Positions 18,465-28,339 of a DNA stretch of 64,000 bases are shown here, piece after piece. A model generated the notes under the pieces. That model was given only the letters and a program-made list of their open reading frames with translations. It was not told the DNA's origin and searched no databases. This stretch comes from a candidate division WOR-3 bacterium (GTDB lineage: Bacteria > Hydrothermota > Hydrothermia > LBFQ01). Numbering within the stretch: the first letter of the stretch is position 1; each line of letters opens with the position of its first letter. The position numbers and the translations under genes are program-made. The DNA lies in assembly GCA_027050205.1 (NCBI GenBank), contig JALUCS010000093.1, positions 35,533 to 99,532 of the forward strand, written 5' to 3'.

Positions 18465-19671
18465 GGAAATCTCTGGGGTCCTGGTGATAGATCTGGGAGC
18501 CTTCAGGACGAGGGCTGCGATGGTGGGGACCGCAGGGGTCTCCAAGGTGGAAGAGGTGAAGACGAGGGGCTTTACGGGGTACATATCCAACTTGGACGCC
18601 CTTACAGAAACGGTGCGGGAGATAGTCAGCAGGCTTGCGAGCAGTGTCCAACTACCGCAGGACGGGGTCGTACCCACGGTCCTGGCCGTGCATCTGAAGG
18701 ACAGTACCCTCTTCAAGGTATCCGACCACGAGATCTCGGTCTCCCACTCCTCCGAGGACGGACGGGTCACCAACGAGCAGGTGGAGAAGCTCCATACGGA
18801 GCTGAAGGAGAAAATAACGGGGACGGACGGACACGCCCTCTTCTTCGCCGTATCCCGCTACCGGGTGGTGCAGAAGGGAAAGGAGAGGGACGTCGAGAAT
18901 CCCAGAGGGCTTAGGGTTGATATCCTGAAAGGTAGGGCTGTAGGGGTGGTCGTGACGCGGGACATATACGAGAACCTGATGGACGTGTTCAGGGAGTACA
19001 ACCACCTGTACGGGGAACCCGAACTGGAGCCTCTCGGTGCTTACAGCTCTCCCATATGCGCCGCCCTCGGTGCGGTGGAGCTGGGCGTGGACCTGCACGT
19101 CCACCTGGACCTCGGCCACACCTCCTTCCGGGTAATAAAGCTCATAAACGGCCGGGTGTTCTCCTACGGCGAGTACGGAAAGGGCGGACACAGCATCATA
19201 AAGGCCATAAGCTCCACCTTGAGCATACCGCCGAGGTACAGCTTTGAGGTCTTAGAGCGGTACCTCAAGGAGGGGAGCCGGATCGTTCAGGTTCAGGGGA
19301 AGAGCATAGACACCACCATAGTTGAAGGGATCCTCCGCCGGACCTTCTCGGAGTTCTTAGGGAGCGACACCGTAAGGGAGGTCGTTGGAAACGGCGACAG
19401 GGCCTTCACCTTAAGCGTATCCGGGGGTCTAGCCAACTACCGCCGTATAAACGAGTACATATCCGACGCCGGTTTCCCCGAACCGTTGGCCTTTACGGAC
19501 GTACCGCCGGAGCAACTCGTCTTCCACGGGGCGTCCAAGCTGATGAGGGACATCTCCCCCCTTGAGGGTAAGCCCAACAGGAACGGCTCCTTCCGTGGGA
19601 AGGGGTGGGGTAAGAAGTTCCTTGACTTCCTGAAGAGGGAGGTCTTCGGCATAGAGGAAAAAGGAGGTTAA
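18448..19671 (+). CDS. ftsA: Divergent cell division protein FtsA
   Basis: Actin-fold motifs VIDLG, LDLGH, SGGLA; NPRGL subdomain 1C; amphipathic C-terminal helix; between murB and ftsZ. Confidence 0.75.
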   Translation: MRSSDREISGVLVIDLGAFRTRAAMVGTAGVSKVEEVKTRGFTGYISNLDALTETVREIVSRLASSVQLPQDGVVPTVLAVHLKDSTLFKVSDHEISVSHSSEDGRVTNEQVEKLHTELKEKITGTDGHALFFAVSRYRVVQKGKERDVENPRGLRVDILKGRAVGVVVTRDIYENLMDVFREYNHLYGEPELEPLGAYSSPICAALGAVELGVDLHVHLDLGHTSFRVIKLINGRVFSYGEYGKGGHSIIKAISSTLSIPPRYSFEVLERYLKEGSRIVQVQGKSIDTTIVEGILRRTFSEFLGSDTVREVVGNGDRAFTLSVSGGLANYRRINEYISDAGFPEPLAFTDVPPEQLVFHGASKLMRDISPLEGKPNRNGSFRGKGWGKKFLDFLKREVFGIEEKGG

Positions 19672-19673
19672 GT

Positions 19674-20798
19674 ATGATTGATCGCGACGAGGAACAGAGT
19701 ACGCAGATACTACTGGTGGGAATCGGAGGAGCCGGCTGCAACATCGTGGATCAGGTGGCCGGTCAGTATATCAACCCAGCGACCTACCCCTATAAGGTGG
19801 ACGTGTATGCCATAAACACGGACAGGCAGAACCTCCGCAATCTACAGAACGTGGGTATGACCATACAGCTGGGGAAGAAGGGAAGAGGAGCTGGCTCCGA
19901 TCCGGAGAGGGGGAGGAGGCTGGCCCTGAAGGCCATAAGCGACGGAGCGCTGGATGCCCTGAAGCACTCCCCCGACGGTGAGGAGGCGCCGGAGTACGAC
20001 CTCATCCTCGTGACCGCTGGCCTCGGCGGTGGAACGGGGACGGGATCGGGTCCGGTGATAGTGGAGTACCTGAGGGAGATGTTTCCCGAAGCTCTGATAA
20101 TGGGCATACTCATATACCCGGAGGATATGGAGGCTGGGGTGAAGACGGAGATAGCGAAACAGGGGTTGGCGGAATACTACGGATTACTTGACTCCATAGT
20201 CGTCATAAACAACGGCAGCATAGTGGACCCCAACAAACCCATAAGCGAAGCCTACGAGCTGGCCGACAAGTACGTGGCCAACACCATTATGACCATCTTA
20301 GACATAAGCGAAGACTACGGTAAGCCCAACCTCGACTTCAACGACATCCAGAAGGCCTTGGAACCGCCGAGACCGGGGGAGCAGAACGTCTCCAAGTTCG
20401 CCTTCGTCTCCACCATAGAGCTTCCGAGCGCCAACGACGTCTCCAAGGTGGCAGACATCCTAAACGAGAGGAAGAAGCACCTGTCCATAAAGAGCTTCAG
20501 CGGCGCCCGTACCCTCCTCGTGGGCTTCTTCCACAGCGGCAAGTCCCTTACGTGGGAGAAGGCCCAGGCCGTGGTAAGCATCCTGAAGAACGAGATCATA
20601 ATGGCGGGGCGGCAGCCTTACGTTAAGGCCGGAGACTTCACGAAGAACAAGGAGGGTATGCTGGACCGGGTCAAGATCTCCGTAATCATATCCGGCGTGA
20701 ATCCCGACTCCTATATCCTCAACGCCCTCCAGGACGCCGCCGCCGAGAGGGAGGTGGAGGAGATCCTCAAGGGTTTCCAGGATGAAAGAGGCACTTAA
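19674..20798 (+). CDS. ftsZ: Divergent cell division protein FtsZ
   Basis: VGIGGAGCN, AINTD, GAGSDPERG, GLGGGTGTG signature, NLDFND T7 loop; GGAGG SD. Confidence 0.9.
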   Translation: MIDRDEEQSTQILLVGIGGAGCNIVDQVAGQYINPATYPYKVDVYAINTDRQNLRNLQNVGMTIQLGKKGRGAGSDPERGRRLALKAISDGALDALKHSPDGEEAPEYDLILVTAGLGGGTGTGSGPVIVEYLREMFPEALIMGILIYPEDMEAGVKTEIAKQGLAEYYGLLDSIVVINNGSIVDPNKPISEAYELADKYVANTIMTILDISEDYGKPNLDFNDIQKALEPPRPGEQNVSKFAFVSTIELPSANDVSKVADILNERKKHLSIKSFSGARTLLVGFFHSGKSLTWEKAQAVVSILKNEIIMAGRQPYVKAGDFTKNKEGMLDRVKISVIISGVNPDSYILNALQDAAAEREVEEILKGFQDERGT

Positions 20799-21609
20799 GG
20801 CCTTCCTCGCCGCCTCCTACCGGAGCGTCTTCGCCGTCCTCGGTATAACCCTATCCATCTTCATGGTCGTCCTGACGGCTAACGCCACCTACGTGTCTTA
20901 CTACACGTACTCCCGAATCAGGGACGCCGTACGTATAGAGGTGTTTCCCGCCGTAAGGGCGGAGGAGGTGGAGTCCTTCCTGAAGGTTCTCGGAGGTGTG
21001 GAGAGGGTGGAGATCGTGAGCGAGAGGGAGGCCCGCGAGGAGTTCGTGAAGCTCTATCCCCAGCTCGCTGACCTCCTCAACCGCCTGGGCGAGGACGTTT
21101 TCTACCCTATGCTCCGGGTCTATCCCAAGGACCACTGGAGGGATGTACGGTTCCTGGACCTCCTAAGCGGGGAGATCTCCGCTTACAGGGGTGTGGCGGG
21201 GGTGTATTACGGGAGGGAATGGCTGAAGGCCGCCCAAGACTTCTTCAACTTCCTCTTAGGCGCCAACGTGGTGGTCCTCCTTACGGCCTTCGTAGTTAGT
21301 CTCCTCGTCTCCTTCTACACCGTGAGGTTCGTCGTGCATCACCGTAGGAACCTGATAGAGATCCTCCGTCTCGCCGGCGTTTCCCCCTTCCGTCTCCGCT
21401 ATCCCTACGTCCTCCTCTCCGTCCTCTACACCCTCGTATCTTGGGCAGTGGTCGCCCCGTTGGTTCTGTACTTTGCCGGACGGTACGACCCCGTTCCGGG
21501 TATCCTACGGTTCAACGCCCTCCTCTTGGGCGGCATCCTCGTCGTCGTACTCGTAACGACCACCTTCGGGAGCTTGAGGGCCTTAACGGACCTGGAGAGG
21601 GGACTCTGA
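20782..21609 (+). CDS. ftsX: Permease-like cell division protein FtsX
   Basis: TM1, periplasmic domain (VSEREAREEF), 3 TM, IEILRLAGVS..LRYPY motif. Confidence 0.8.
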   Translation: MKEALKAFLAASYRSVFAVLGITLSIFMVVLTANATYVSYYTYSRIRDAVRIEVFPAVRAEEVESFLKVLGGVERVEIVSEREAREEFVKLYPQLADLLNRLGEDVFYPMLRVYPKDHWRDVRFLDLLSGEISAYRGVAGVYYGREWLKAAQDFFNFLLGANVVVLLTAFVVSLLVSFYTVRFVVHHRRNLIEILRLAGVSPFRLRYPYVLLSVLYTLVSWAVVAPLVLYFAGRYDPVPGILRFNALLLGGILVVVLVTTTFGSLRALTDLERGL

Positions 21610-21610
21610 T

Positions 21611-22093
21611 TCAGAACTTCAGGGTTCGGGAGAGCTTTACGGGGTAGGGGATACTCTGCTTACCTACGAAGGGTAGGTTGAACTCCATGTAGGCCTTACC
21701 CTCCACTCCTACGTTCGCCCTCCGGGAGTTTATCACCCCCATTATCCGGTTCGCGGCCCCCTTGAGGTAGGAGTACCTGACGGATACGGTGATGGGTACG
21801 GTGGCCGAGGATCTGGCCTTTACCGTCCTCCCGAAGGTATTGGATACGTCCGCCACCTTTATGCCCTCCAACTTTACGCTGCCAACGAAGCGGTCCAGGA
21901 CGGCATCCACCGGGTTGGGATTCTGAACGGACAGGAGGACGTCCATAGAGAAGCCGCTCAAGCTTACGCTCTTCAGCCGGGCGCCCGCCAGGGAGAACTT
22001 ACAGTCCTTCAGGGCGACCCTCTTCTGGATGAGGGAGCAACCGGCGGTCAGGGCAGCCGCCGAAAAGAGGGCTAAAACTACGAAGGTGCGCAT
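21611..22093 (-). CDS. LEA type 2 / WHy domain lipoprotein
   Basis: Lipobox LTAGC; VQNPN motif. Confidence 0.85.
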   Translation of the reverse strand: MRTFVVLALFSAAALTAGCSLIQKRVALKDCKFSLAGARLKSVSLSGFSMDVLLSVQNPNPVDAVLDRFVGSVKLEGIKVADVSNTFGRTVKARSSATVPITVSVRYSYLKGAANRIMGVINSRRANVGVEGKAYMEFNLPFVGKQSIPYPVKLSRTLKF

Positions 22094-22102
22094 ACCGCTA
22101 TT

Positions 22103-23056
22103 CTAAGGGGTTTCGCCCCTTAGGTAGGCCTCAAGGAGGCTCTCAAAGTCGGGGAGGCGGATGATGTCCCGCAGGACCCTCGCCTTGTAGTGGAGGGCCA
22201 TGCTCTCCACGACCGTAGCCGTCGCCTTAAGGGGGTGGAGTTTCACCCTGTACTTGGGTAAGGTTATGCCGAGCAGTTCCGTCTCCTCAACTGGCCTCTC
22301 CTCACCTTCGGAGAGTTCAACCACCACGTGGAGAGGGTACTGCCTCCTGACCGCCCCCACGCCGAAGTAGTGGGGTACGTACACCGTCCCCACCCCCCTA
22401 ATGAGCATAAAGAACATGAAGTCCTCCCTACCCGGAGGGGGTTCCGCGAGGAGGGAGTTCGGGGGGTACCTACGGATCAGGACGACGTCGTCCGCTACGA
22501 AGCGATGGCCTCTCCTTATCAGCTCAAGGGCGGTCTCGCTCTTTCCTACGCCGGGCTTCCCAACTATGAGGACGCCGACGCCGTAGATCTCCACCATGAC
22601 GCCGTGGACAGTCGTACGGGGGGCGAGGAGGTAGGTTAGCCTATCGGCCATACGGGCCATAAAGTACGGAGTCTGGATAGGGGTAGATAGGACAGGGGTA
22701 CGGTAGGTTCGGGCGACCTCAAGGATTACGGTTATTAGGCTGTCGGGGAGTTTCCTGCCAGAGGCAGTTAGGACGACAGCCGGTACCTTCCTAGAGAAGA
22801 GGAGGGACAGGGCCTTCCGGACCTCCCTTCGGCCCTTCTCACGCATAAGGTGAAGGAGGTAGGCCCTCTCGGTGAGGCCGAGGATCTGGATCCTCTCGCG
22901 GGGGAACTCACGGGTGAAGCCGGCGAGTAGTAGCCCTGGACGGTTGAGGTCCGGGGACCTCACCTTACGGCGTAGGAGCCTCCTCCCGTATATGATCTCA
23001 AGGGGTCCCGGAAAGTGGCGGATCACCTCCTCAAGTCTCACGGTCGGGGACCTCAC
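22103..23056 (-). CDS. hprK: HPr kinase/phosphorylase
   Basis: LNRPGL.LAGF, HGVMVEIYGVGVLI.GKPGVGKSETALEL, FVADD. Confidence 0.95.
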   Translation of the reverse strand: MRSPTVRLEEVIRHFPGPLEIIYGRRLLRRKVRSPDLNRPGLLLAGFTREFPRERIQILGLTERAYLLHLMREKGRREVRKALSLLFSRKVPAVVLTASGRKLPDSLITVILEVARTYRTPVLSTPIQTPYFMARMADRLTYLLAPRTTVHGVMVEIYGVGVLIVGKPGVGKSETALELIRRGHRFVADDVVLIRRYPPNSLLAEPPPGREDFMFFMLIRGVGTVYVPHYFGVGAVRRQYPLHVVVELSEGEERPVEETELLGITLPKYRVKLHPLKATATVVESMALHYKARVLRDIIRLPDFESLLEAYLRGETP

Positions 23057-23832
23057 CTCTCCCCTCCCATCTTCCGAACCATCACCTTCAGGATCCTCTG
23101 GGGGGACACCTCCACCGCCTTGAACTCCACGTCATCCACCCTCAACACCTCCCCCTCCTCCGGCATGCTCCCCAACTTCTCTATCATAAACCCCCCTACG
23201 CTCGTACTCTCGGTCTCCCCGAAGTCCACCTCAAGCAGGTCCTCCAACTCGCTTATGGGCATCTGGGCGTTTACGAGGTAACCCCCATCCGGGAGTTCCT
23301 CGTACAAGCTCTCCGGTTTGTCATGCTCCTCGTATATGTCCCCCACTATCTCCTCCACGAGGTCCTCTATGGTGACTATCCCGATGGGGCTGCCGTACTC
23401 ATCCACCACTATCCCGATGGACACCCTCCTCTTCTGCATCTCCTTCAGGGCGTTGTAGCAGCTCTGGGTAGCGGGGACGAAGAAGGGGGGCTTCATTATA
23501 TCCGCAACTTTCATACGGTTCAGGTCTTTGTCCAGATGGAGCAGGACGTCTTTCATGTAAGCCACCCCTACTATATCCGCCCCCTCGGACACCCCAGAGG
23601 AACGTACAGGGTACTTGGAGTACAGATGCTCCCTGAATTTGGCGACAAGGTCCATCAGGGTGTCGTCCTCCGAGACCATCACCACGTCCACGCGGGGCCT
23701 CATAACCTCCTCCGCCGTCTTGGAGAGGAGACGATGGACACCCTTCAGGAGCTTCTCCACCTCCTTGTCCTTCTCCGCCCGTTTCTTCAGATCGTTAAGC
23801 AGCTCGTCCAGACCGTTCCTCTTGAAAAACAT
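23053..23832 (-). CDS. CBS-pair/CorC-HlyC domain protein (CorC-like)
   Basis: VMRPR, VVDEYG, TIEDLVEEIVGDI.EEHD, SVGGF. Confidence 0.9.
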   Translation of the reverse strand: MFFKRNGLDELLNDLKKRAEKDKEVEKLLKGVHRLLSKTAEEVMRPRVDVVMVSEDDTLMDLVAKFREHLYSKYPVRSSGVSEGADIVGVAYMKDVLLHLDKDLNRMKVADIMKPPFFVPATQSCYNALKEMQKRRVSIGIVVDEYGSPIGIVTIEDLVEEIVGDIYEEHDKPESLYEELPDGGYLVNAQMPISELEDLLEVDFGETESTSVGGFMIEKLGSMPEEGEVLRVDDVEFKAVEVSPQRILKVMVRKMGGER

Positions 23833-24409
23833 TTATCAGTCCTCCGGATATTAGGGCCTTCAGGGCGTCCTCTACGCTCATCTTGGCCTCCGACACCTTT
23901 CCCTTCCTGACCAGAAGGAGGAACCCCGTAGTGGGGTTGGGGGTGGAGGGTAGAAAGACCACGTACTCGTCTGTGGTCTCGTCCGTCACGAAGCCGAGCA
24001 TCCTCTTCCCCTCCCCCACCTCTATCCACACAACCTTCCTGAAGGCCACCTTCCGCGGTATGTTATAGACGGCGTTTATGGTGTCCTTGGCTATACGGTA
24101 GATGTGCTGGAGGACGGGGATGCTTAGGAAGATCTCGTCAAGGAAGCCGAATAGAGCCTTTCCGAGGTAGGTCGTGGCAAACCAACCTACGACGTATATG
24201 ACGGCCAACATTATCAGGAGGGAGGGGACAAGGAGGACGACGTAGGGGACGGGTTCCAACACTCTGGATAGGGGACGGGCCAGCCATCCGGCTATGAAGT
24301 TAGTAATGAAGACGACCACCCAGGCCGTCACGAACAGGGGGGCGAGAACAACCACCCCTGCTATCAGCCTCTGGCGAAACCTCAACCGCCGTTCACCGCC
24401 CTCGTTCAT
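23795..24409 (-). CDS. DUF502 membrane protein
   Basis: AGVVVLAPL, IPVLQHIY, FLPSTPNPTTGF, LISGG. Confidence 0.9.
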   Translation of the reverse strand: MNEGGERRLRFRQRLIAGVVVLAPLFVTAWVVVFITNFIAGWLARPLSRVLEPVPYVVLLVPSLLIMLAVIYVVGWFATTYLGKALFGFLDEIFLSIPVLQHIYRIAKDTINAVYNIPRKVAFRKVVWIEVGEGKRMLGFVTDETTDEYVVFLPSTPNPTTGFLLLVRKGKVSEAKMSVEDALKALISGGLINVFQEERSGRAA

Positions 24410-24879
24410 ACCAGTCTAACTTTGAACAGGGGCTGCCCGTACTCCACGGGGTGGGCGTTCTCCACGAGGACCTCCTCTATTATGCCGTCCACGTCGGACT
24501 TTATCTCGTTCATTATCTTCATCGCCTCTATTATGCACACCACGTCCCCCTTCCTCACCCTGTCCCCCTCCTTGACGAAAGGCTCCGCCCCCGGCGCCGG
24601 CGCCCTGTAGAAGGTCCCCACCATAGGCGCCCGTATGTAATGGACGTTCTCCTCCTTCTCGCTCGCCTCCTCCTTAGATCCCTCGGCTTTGGGAGGTTCC
24701 GGGGATGGAGGGGGAGGGGGCGTATAGGATGGCGCCGGAGCCTCGGCGTACTTGGAGAGCTTCAGCTTGAAGTCCTTCGTGGATAGCTCCAACTTCGCTA
24801 CGCCGCTCTCCTCAAACACCTTCACTATCTCCTTAAGGAGGTCCAGACTGAAGCCCCTGCCTTTCTTGGAATCGGCCAT
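24406..24879 (-). CDS. accB: Biotin carboxyl carrier protein
   Basis: APMVGTFYRAP, IIEAMKIMNEI, VEYGQPLF. Confidence 0.96.
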   Translation of the reverse strand: MADSKKGRGFSLDLLKEIVKVFEESGVAKLELSTKDFKLKLSKYAEAPAPSYTPPPPPSPEPPKAEGSKEEASEKEENVHYIRAPMVGTFYRAPAPGAEPFVKEGDRVRKGDVVCIIEAMKIMNEIKSDVDGIIEEVLVENAHPVEYGQPLFKVRLV

Positions 24880-24880
24880 A

Positions 24881-25429
24881 TCAAGCCCTGCCTATGTACT
24901 CCCCCGTACGGGTATCCACCTTTACGACGTCTCCGGGGTTGATGAAGAGGGGGACCTTTATGACCTTTCCGGTCTCAAGGGTTGCGGGCTTGGAGCCTCC
25001 GCTCACGGTGTCCCCCCTTACGCCGGGAGGGGTATCTACGACCTCTAACTCCACGACCGTGGGCAGCTCCACCGTAACGGGGCGGTTGTCGGCGTAGACT
25101 ATCTGGACCTCAAGACCCTCCTTGAGGTAATGGACGGCCTCCCCCAGGTCCTCGGCCGAGAAGGTTATGTCCTCGTAGGTTTCGGCGTCAAGGAAGTGAT
25201 AGAAGTCGCCGTCCCTGTAGGAGAATATGGCGGGCTTCCGCTCCACCATCACGAACTCTATGCTGTCAAGGTCCCGGATGGTGAAGGTCTGCACCCTACC
25301 CGTGTTGAGGTCCTTGAGCTTGGCGGAGACGGTGGCACCTCCACGTCCCTTGTGGATGTGCTGAAAGTCCAAGACGATGTACTCCCTACCCTCGTACCTT
25401 ATGACGGAGCCAACTCGCAGACTTGCCAT
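24881..25429 (-). CDS. efp: Elongation factor P
   Basis: PGVRGDT, KPATLETG, VPLFI, DTRTGEY; efp-accB order. Confidence 0.96.
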   Translation of the reverse strand: MASLRVGSVIRYEGREYIVLDFQHIHKGRGGATVSAKLKDLNTGRVQTFTIRDLDSIEFVMVERKPAIFSYRDGDFYHFLDAETYEDITFSAEDLGEAVHYLKEGLEVQIVYADNRPVTVELPTVVELEVVDTPPGVRGDTVSGGSKPATLETGKVIKVPLFINPGDVVKVDTRTGEYIGRA

Positions 25430-25489
25430 TCTCCGGGAATTATACGGGAGGACACCCTACGTCGCCGTTCCCCTCTAAAATACGGGTGC

Positions 25490-28339
25490 GTGGAAAGGGT
25501 AGATAGGCTTTTCAGGATCCATCTGGCCATAACCTTCGGTTTGGTGGTCGGTACGGGAGTTTTGGTCTCCGCCGTCCTCCTCTGGAGGGGTTGGCCGTGG
25601 CTCGTACCCGCCCACATCATCCTATCGCTTGCCTTCCTCCTGTGGGTCAGGCCCTGGGACAAGAGGAGGTTCGTATGGTACCTTGAGGAGAGCAACCCCG
25701 CCCTACGGGAGAGGCTCGTATCCCTTTACGAGCTGGTGGAGAGGGGGGTATCCCACCCCTCGGTGGAGAGGCTCCGGCGGGAGGTATCCTCCCAACCCTT
25801 CGGCTATCGCCCCAACTTCCGCCTCTTCCTGCCGTTTCTAATACCCTCCGCCCTGTTCCTCCTATCCGCCCTCGTTCCCTTCCCCCACAGGCCCCCTGTC
25901 ATCTTCCGCCCGAAGGCCCTAAAGGTCCTCGCCGGGGACACCCTTAAGGTCTCCGGCCTCCGGGTGGGGGATACCCTCGTAGTCCGTATCGGCGAGGGAG
26001 GGGGAAGGGAGCGGTTTACCCTCGTCATCCGTGGTGAGACCAACAGGGAGGTACCCGTGGAGGGTACGGTCAGGCTGTACGACCTCCCTCCGGGTAGATA
26101 CGTCCTAAGCGTCAAGGGGAGATCCGGTAAAGGAAATCTTGAGGTCCTACCCCGTCCCGTCCTCTACGGTGTGGATGGCTACATCGTCCCCCCTCCCTAC
26201 ACCGGACTCGGAAAGCGTCCCCTTCAGAGGGAGAACGTAGCATACGAGTACAGCACCTTTGACAGCCTCCGGATCCGGCACAGTGGGGACAGCGCCCACT
26301 TCGTCAATCTGCCGGATACCCTGAAGGAGGACGTTGAGGTCTTCGCAGACGTCTTCCGGATGGGGGAGAGGTTCAGGTACCCCGCCTTCAAGGTCAGGGT
26401 GATAGAGGACAGGCCTCCGAGCGTAACCCTGCAGCCGACGGGGATACTGAAGACGGAGGGGGACGTACCGGGAGTGGTGGCGGCCTACGACGACATCGCC
26501 CTTAGGGACGTAGGCCTTTACGTGTATCAGGGGGGGAGGTGGGAGAGGAGTTCCCTCGGTCTCCGGGGCCGCACCCCCAACGCCTCGTACGACGTAACCT
26601 TCCGGGGAGGGGACACCCTTAAGGCCGTAGCCTACGCTGTGGACGTCGCCGGTCAGGTCTCCCTATCCGACACCCTCATACTTCTGCCCAAGGCACCGGA
26701 GGAGGTCCTTAAGGAGAAGCTCTTAACGGAGAAGGGGGAGGAGGTTAAGGAGCTTGAGAGGAGGCTGAAGGAACTGCAGGAGGACTTGGAGGTCTCCCAG
26801 AACCTATCGGAGGGGACGAAGAGGGAGATCTCCAGCGCCATAAAGGAGACGGAGAGGACGTACAAGGACATAAAGGAGGCCCTTGACAGGATAGCCTCCC
26901 AGATAAGGGACCCGGACCTGGCCCGCCTCGTTATGGAGGTGCAGAGGCTGTTTCAGGAGAGTATGGACGAGGAGCTGGCCAAGGCCCTCCAAAAGCTCCA
27001 GGAGGCGATGCGGAAGATGGACCCCAAGGCCGTCGCCAAGGCCCTAAAGGACCTCCGCATGAACCAGAGGGAGTTGAGGGAGGAGCTGGAGAGGTTCAAG
27101 GCCCTCCTGAAAAGGTACGTACAGGAGAAGAGGCTCCGTGAAATGGCGGATAGGCTCCAGGACCTCGCCACCAAGCAGGCGGAGATAGAGGGTAAGAGGT
27201 CCCCCTACGAGCAGGGGAAACTCCGCCGGGAGGTTGAGGATCTAAAGCGGAAGTTGGACAGTCTCAAGGAGGCCAAGGATATAAGTAAGGAGAACCTGAA
27301 GAGACTTGAGGAGCTGATGGACAAGGCGGAGAGGAGGATGGAGGCCGCAATGAGGATGATGGAGAGCGGGGGGGACTTCCGGAGGGAGCAGAGGGAAGCC
27401 CGTAGGAACCTTGAGGAGGCCGCCCAGCTCGCCCAGAGGACGTACGAGGAGACGGTGGATAAAAGGAAGAGGGAGGTGGTGCAGACGCTTCAGGAGATAG
27501 GGGACGCCGCCGCCTTTATGGACATGCGTCTAGAGAGGGACCTAGGCGAGAAGACCCTTGAGGCGGGTAAGGCCGTATCCCTTGACATGGAGGCGAGGCT
27601 GAAGGAACTTTCCAAGAAGAGCGTCTTCGTATCCCCCAAGCTCTCCAAGATAGCCCGTCTCGTACATAACGAGTTGGAGGCGGCTAGGCAGGAGCTGAAG
27701 AGCGGAGACAGGAAGGGGGCGGAGGCCCACGTAAAGCAGGCCCAGGCCCTCCTACGGACCCTCTCCCTTATGACTTCCTCCTCCGCCCAGGCCTGCCAGA
27801 ACGCCGGGGGTTCAACGGGTATGGAGGCCTATATGAGACAGCTCGCCCGGATGGCGGGGGAACAGAACAGCATATCCCAACAGCTCGGTAAGGGGATGAC
27901 CTCCGAGCAGCTCGCCGAGATGCTCGCCCGCCAGATGGCCCTCCGCAAGGCCCTTGAGGGGTTGATAGAGGGGATGAGGAGCAGGGGCGCCCCCTCCGAC
28001 GCCCTCAACCGAATGGAGGAGGCCCTAAGGGAGATGAAGGAGCTGGAGAGGCAGATGAGGTCGCCCGACGCCCTCAAGAGGGCGGAGGAGCTGAAGAGGA
28101 GGGCGCATCGCATCACCATACGCCTCCTTGAGGCCCGCAAGGCCCTCCGACGCCAGAGGACGGAACCGAAGTACGAGGCCCAGAGGCCCAAGCCCTTCAA
28201 GGTTGAGAGGGCGCACATCAAACCCGTCATAGACAGGGAGAGGATCGTAGAGATATACCGGAGGTACCTGCGGGAGGGTAAGCTCTCCCCGGAGGAGAGG
28301 AGGCTCTACGAGAGGTACATAAGGGGGATATTAGAGTAG
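25490..28339 (+). CDS. Large membrane-anchored coiled-coil protein (DUF4175-like)
   Basis: N-terminal TMs, LRERLVS, PPPYTG, DRPP, AYDD.AL, long coiled coil; GTG 25490 lies 8 nt after TAAAAT. Confidence 0.75.
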   Translation: MERVDRLFRIHLAITFGLVVGTGVLVSAVLLWRGWPWLVPAHIILSLAFLLWVRPWDKRRFVWYLEESNPALRERLVSLYELVERGVSHPSVERLRREVSSQPFGYRPNFRLFLPFLIPSALFLLSALVPFPHRPPVIFRPKALKVLAGDTLKVSGLRVGDTLVVRIGEGGGRERFTLVIRGETNREVPVEGTVRLYDLPPGRYVLSVKGRSGKGNLEVLPRPVLYGVDGYIVPPPYTGLGKRPLQRENVAYEYSTFDSLRIRHSGDSAHFVNLPDTLKEDVEVFADVFRMGERFRYPAFKVRVIEDRPPSVTLQPTGILKTEGDVPGVVAAYDDIALRDVGLYVYQGGRWERSSLGLRGRTPNASYDVTFRGGDTLKAVAYAVDVAGQVSLSDTLILLPKAPEEVLKEKLLTEKGEEVKELERRLKELQEDLEVSQNLSEGTKREISSAIKETERTYKDIKEALDRIASQIRDPDLARLVMEVQRLFQESMDEELAKALQKLQEAMRKMDPKAVAKALKDLRMNQRELREELERFKALLKRYVQEKRLREMADRLQDLATKQAEIEGKRSPYEQGKLRREVEDLKRKLDSLKEAKDISKENLKRLEELMDKAERRMEAAMRMMESGGDFRREQREARRNLEEAAQLAQRTYEETVDKRKREVVQTLQEIGDAAAFMDMRLERDLGEKTLEAGKAVSLDMEARLKELSKKSVFVSPKLSKIARLVHNELEAARQELKSGDRKGAEAHVKQAQALLRTLSLMTSSSAQACQNAGGSTGMEAYMRQLARMAGEQNSISQQLGKGMTSEQLAEMLARQMALRKALEGLIEGMRSRGAPSDALNRMEEALREMKELERQMRSPDALKRAEELKRRAHRITIRLLEARKALRRQRTEPKYEAQRPKPFKVERAHIKPVIDRERIVEIYRRYLREGKLSPEERRLYERYIRGILE

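Noticed and set aside
25130..25489. N-terminal extension of the 1069-aa ORF
   Set aside because: Overlaps efp on the opposite strand; GTG 25490 has its own -10 box
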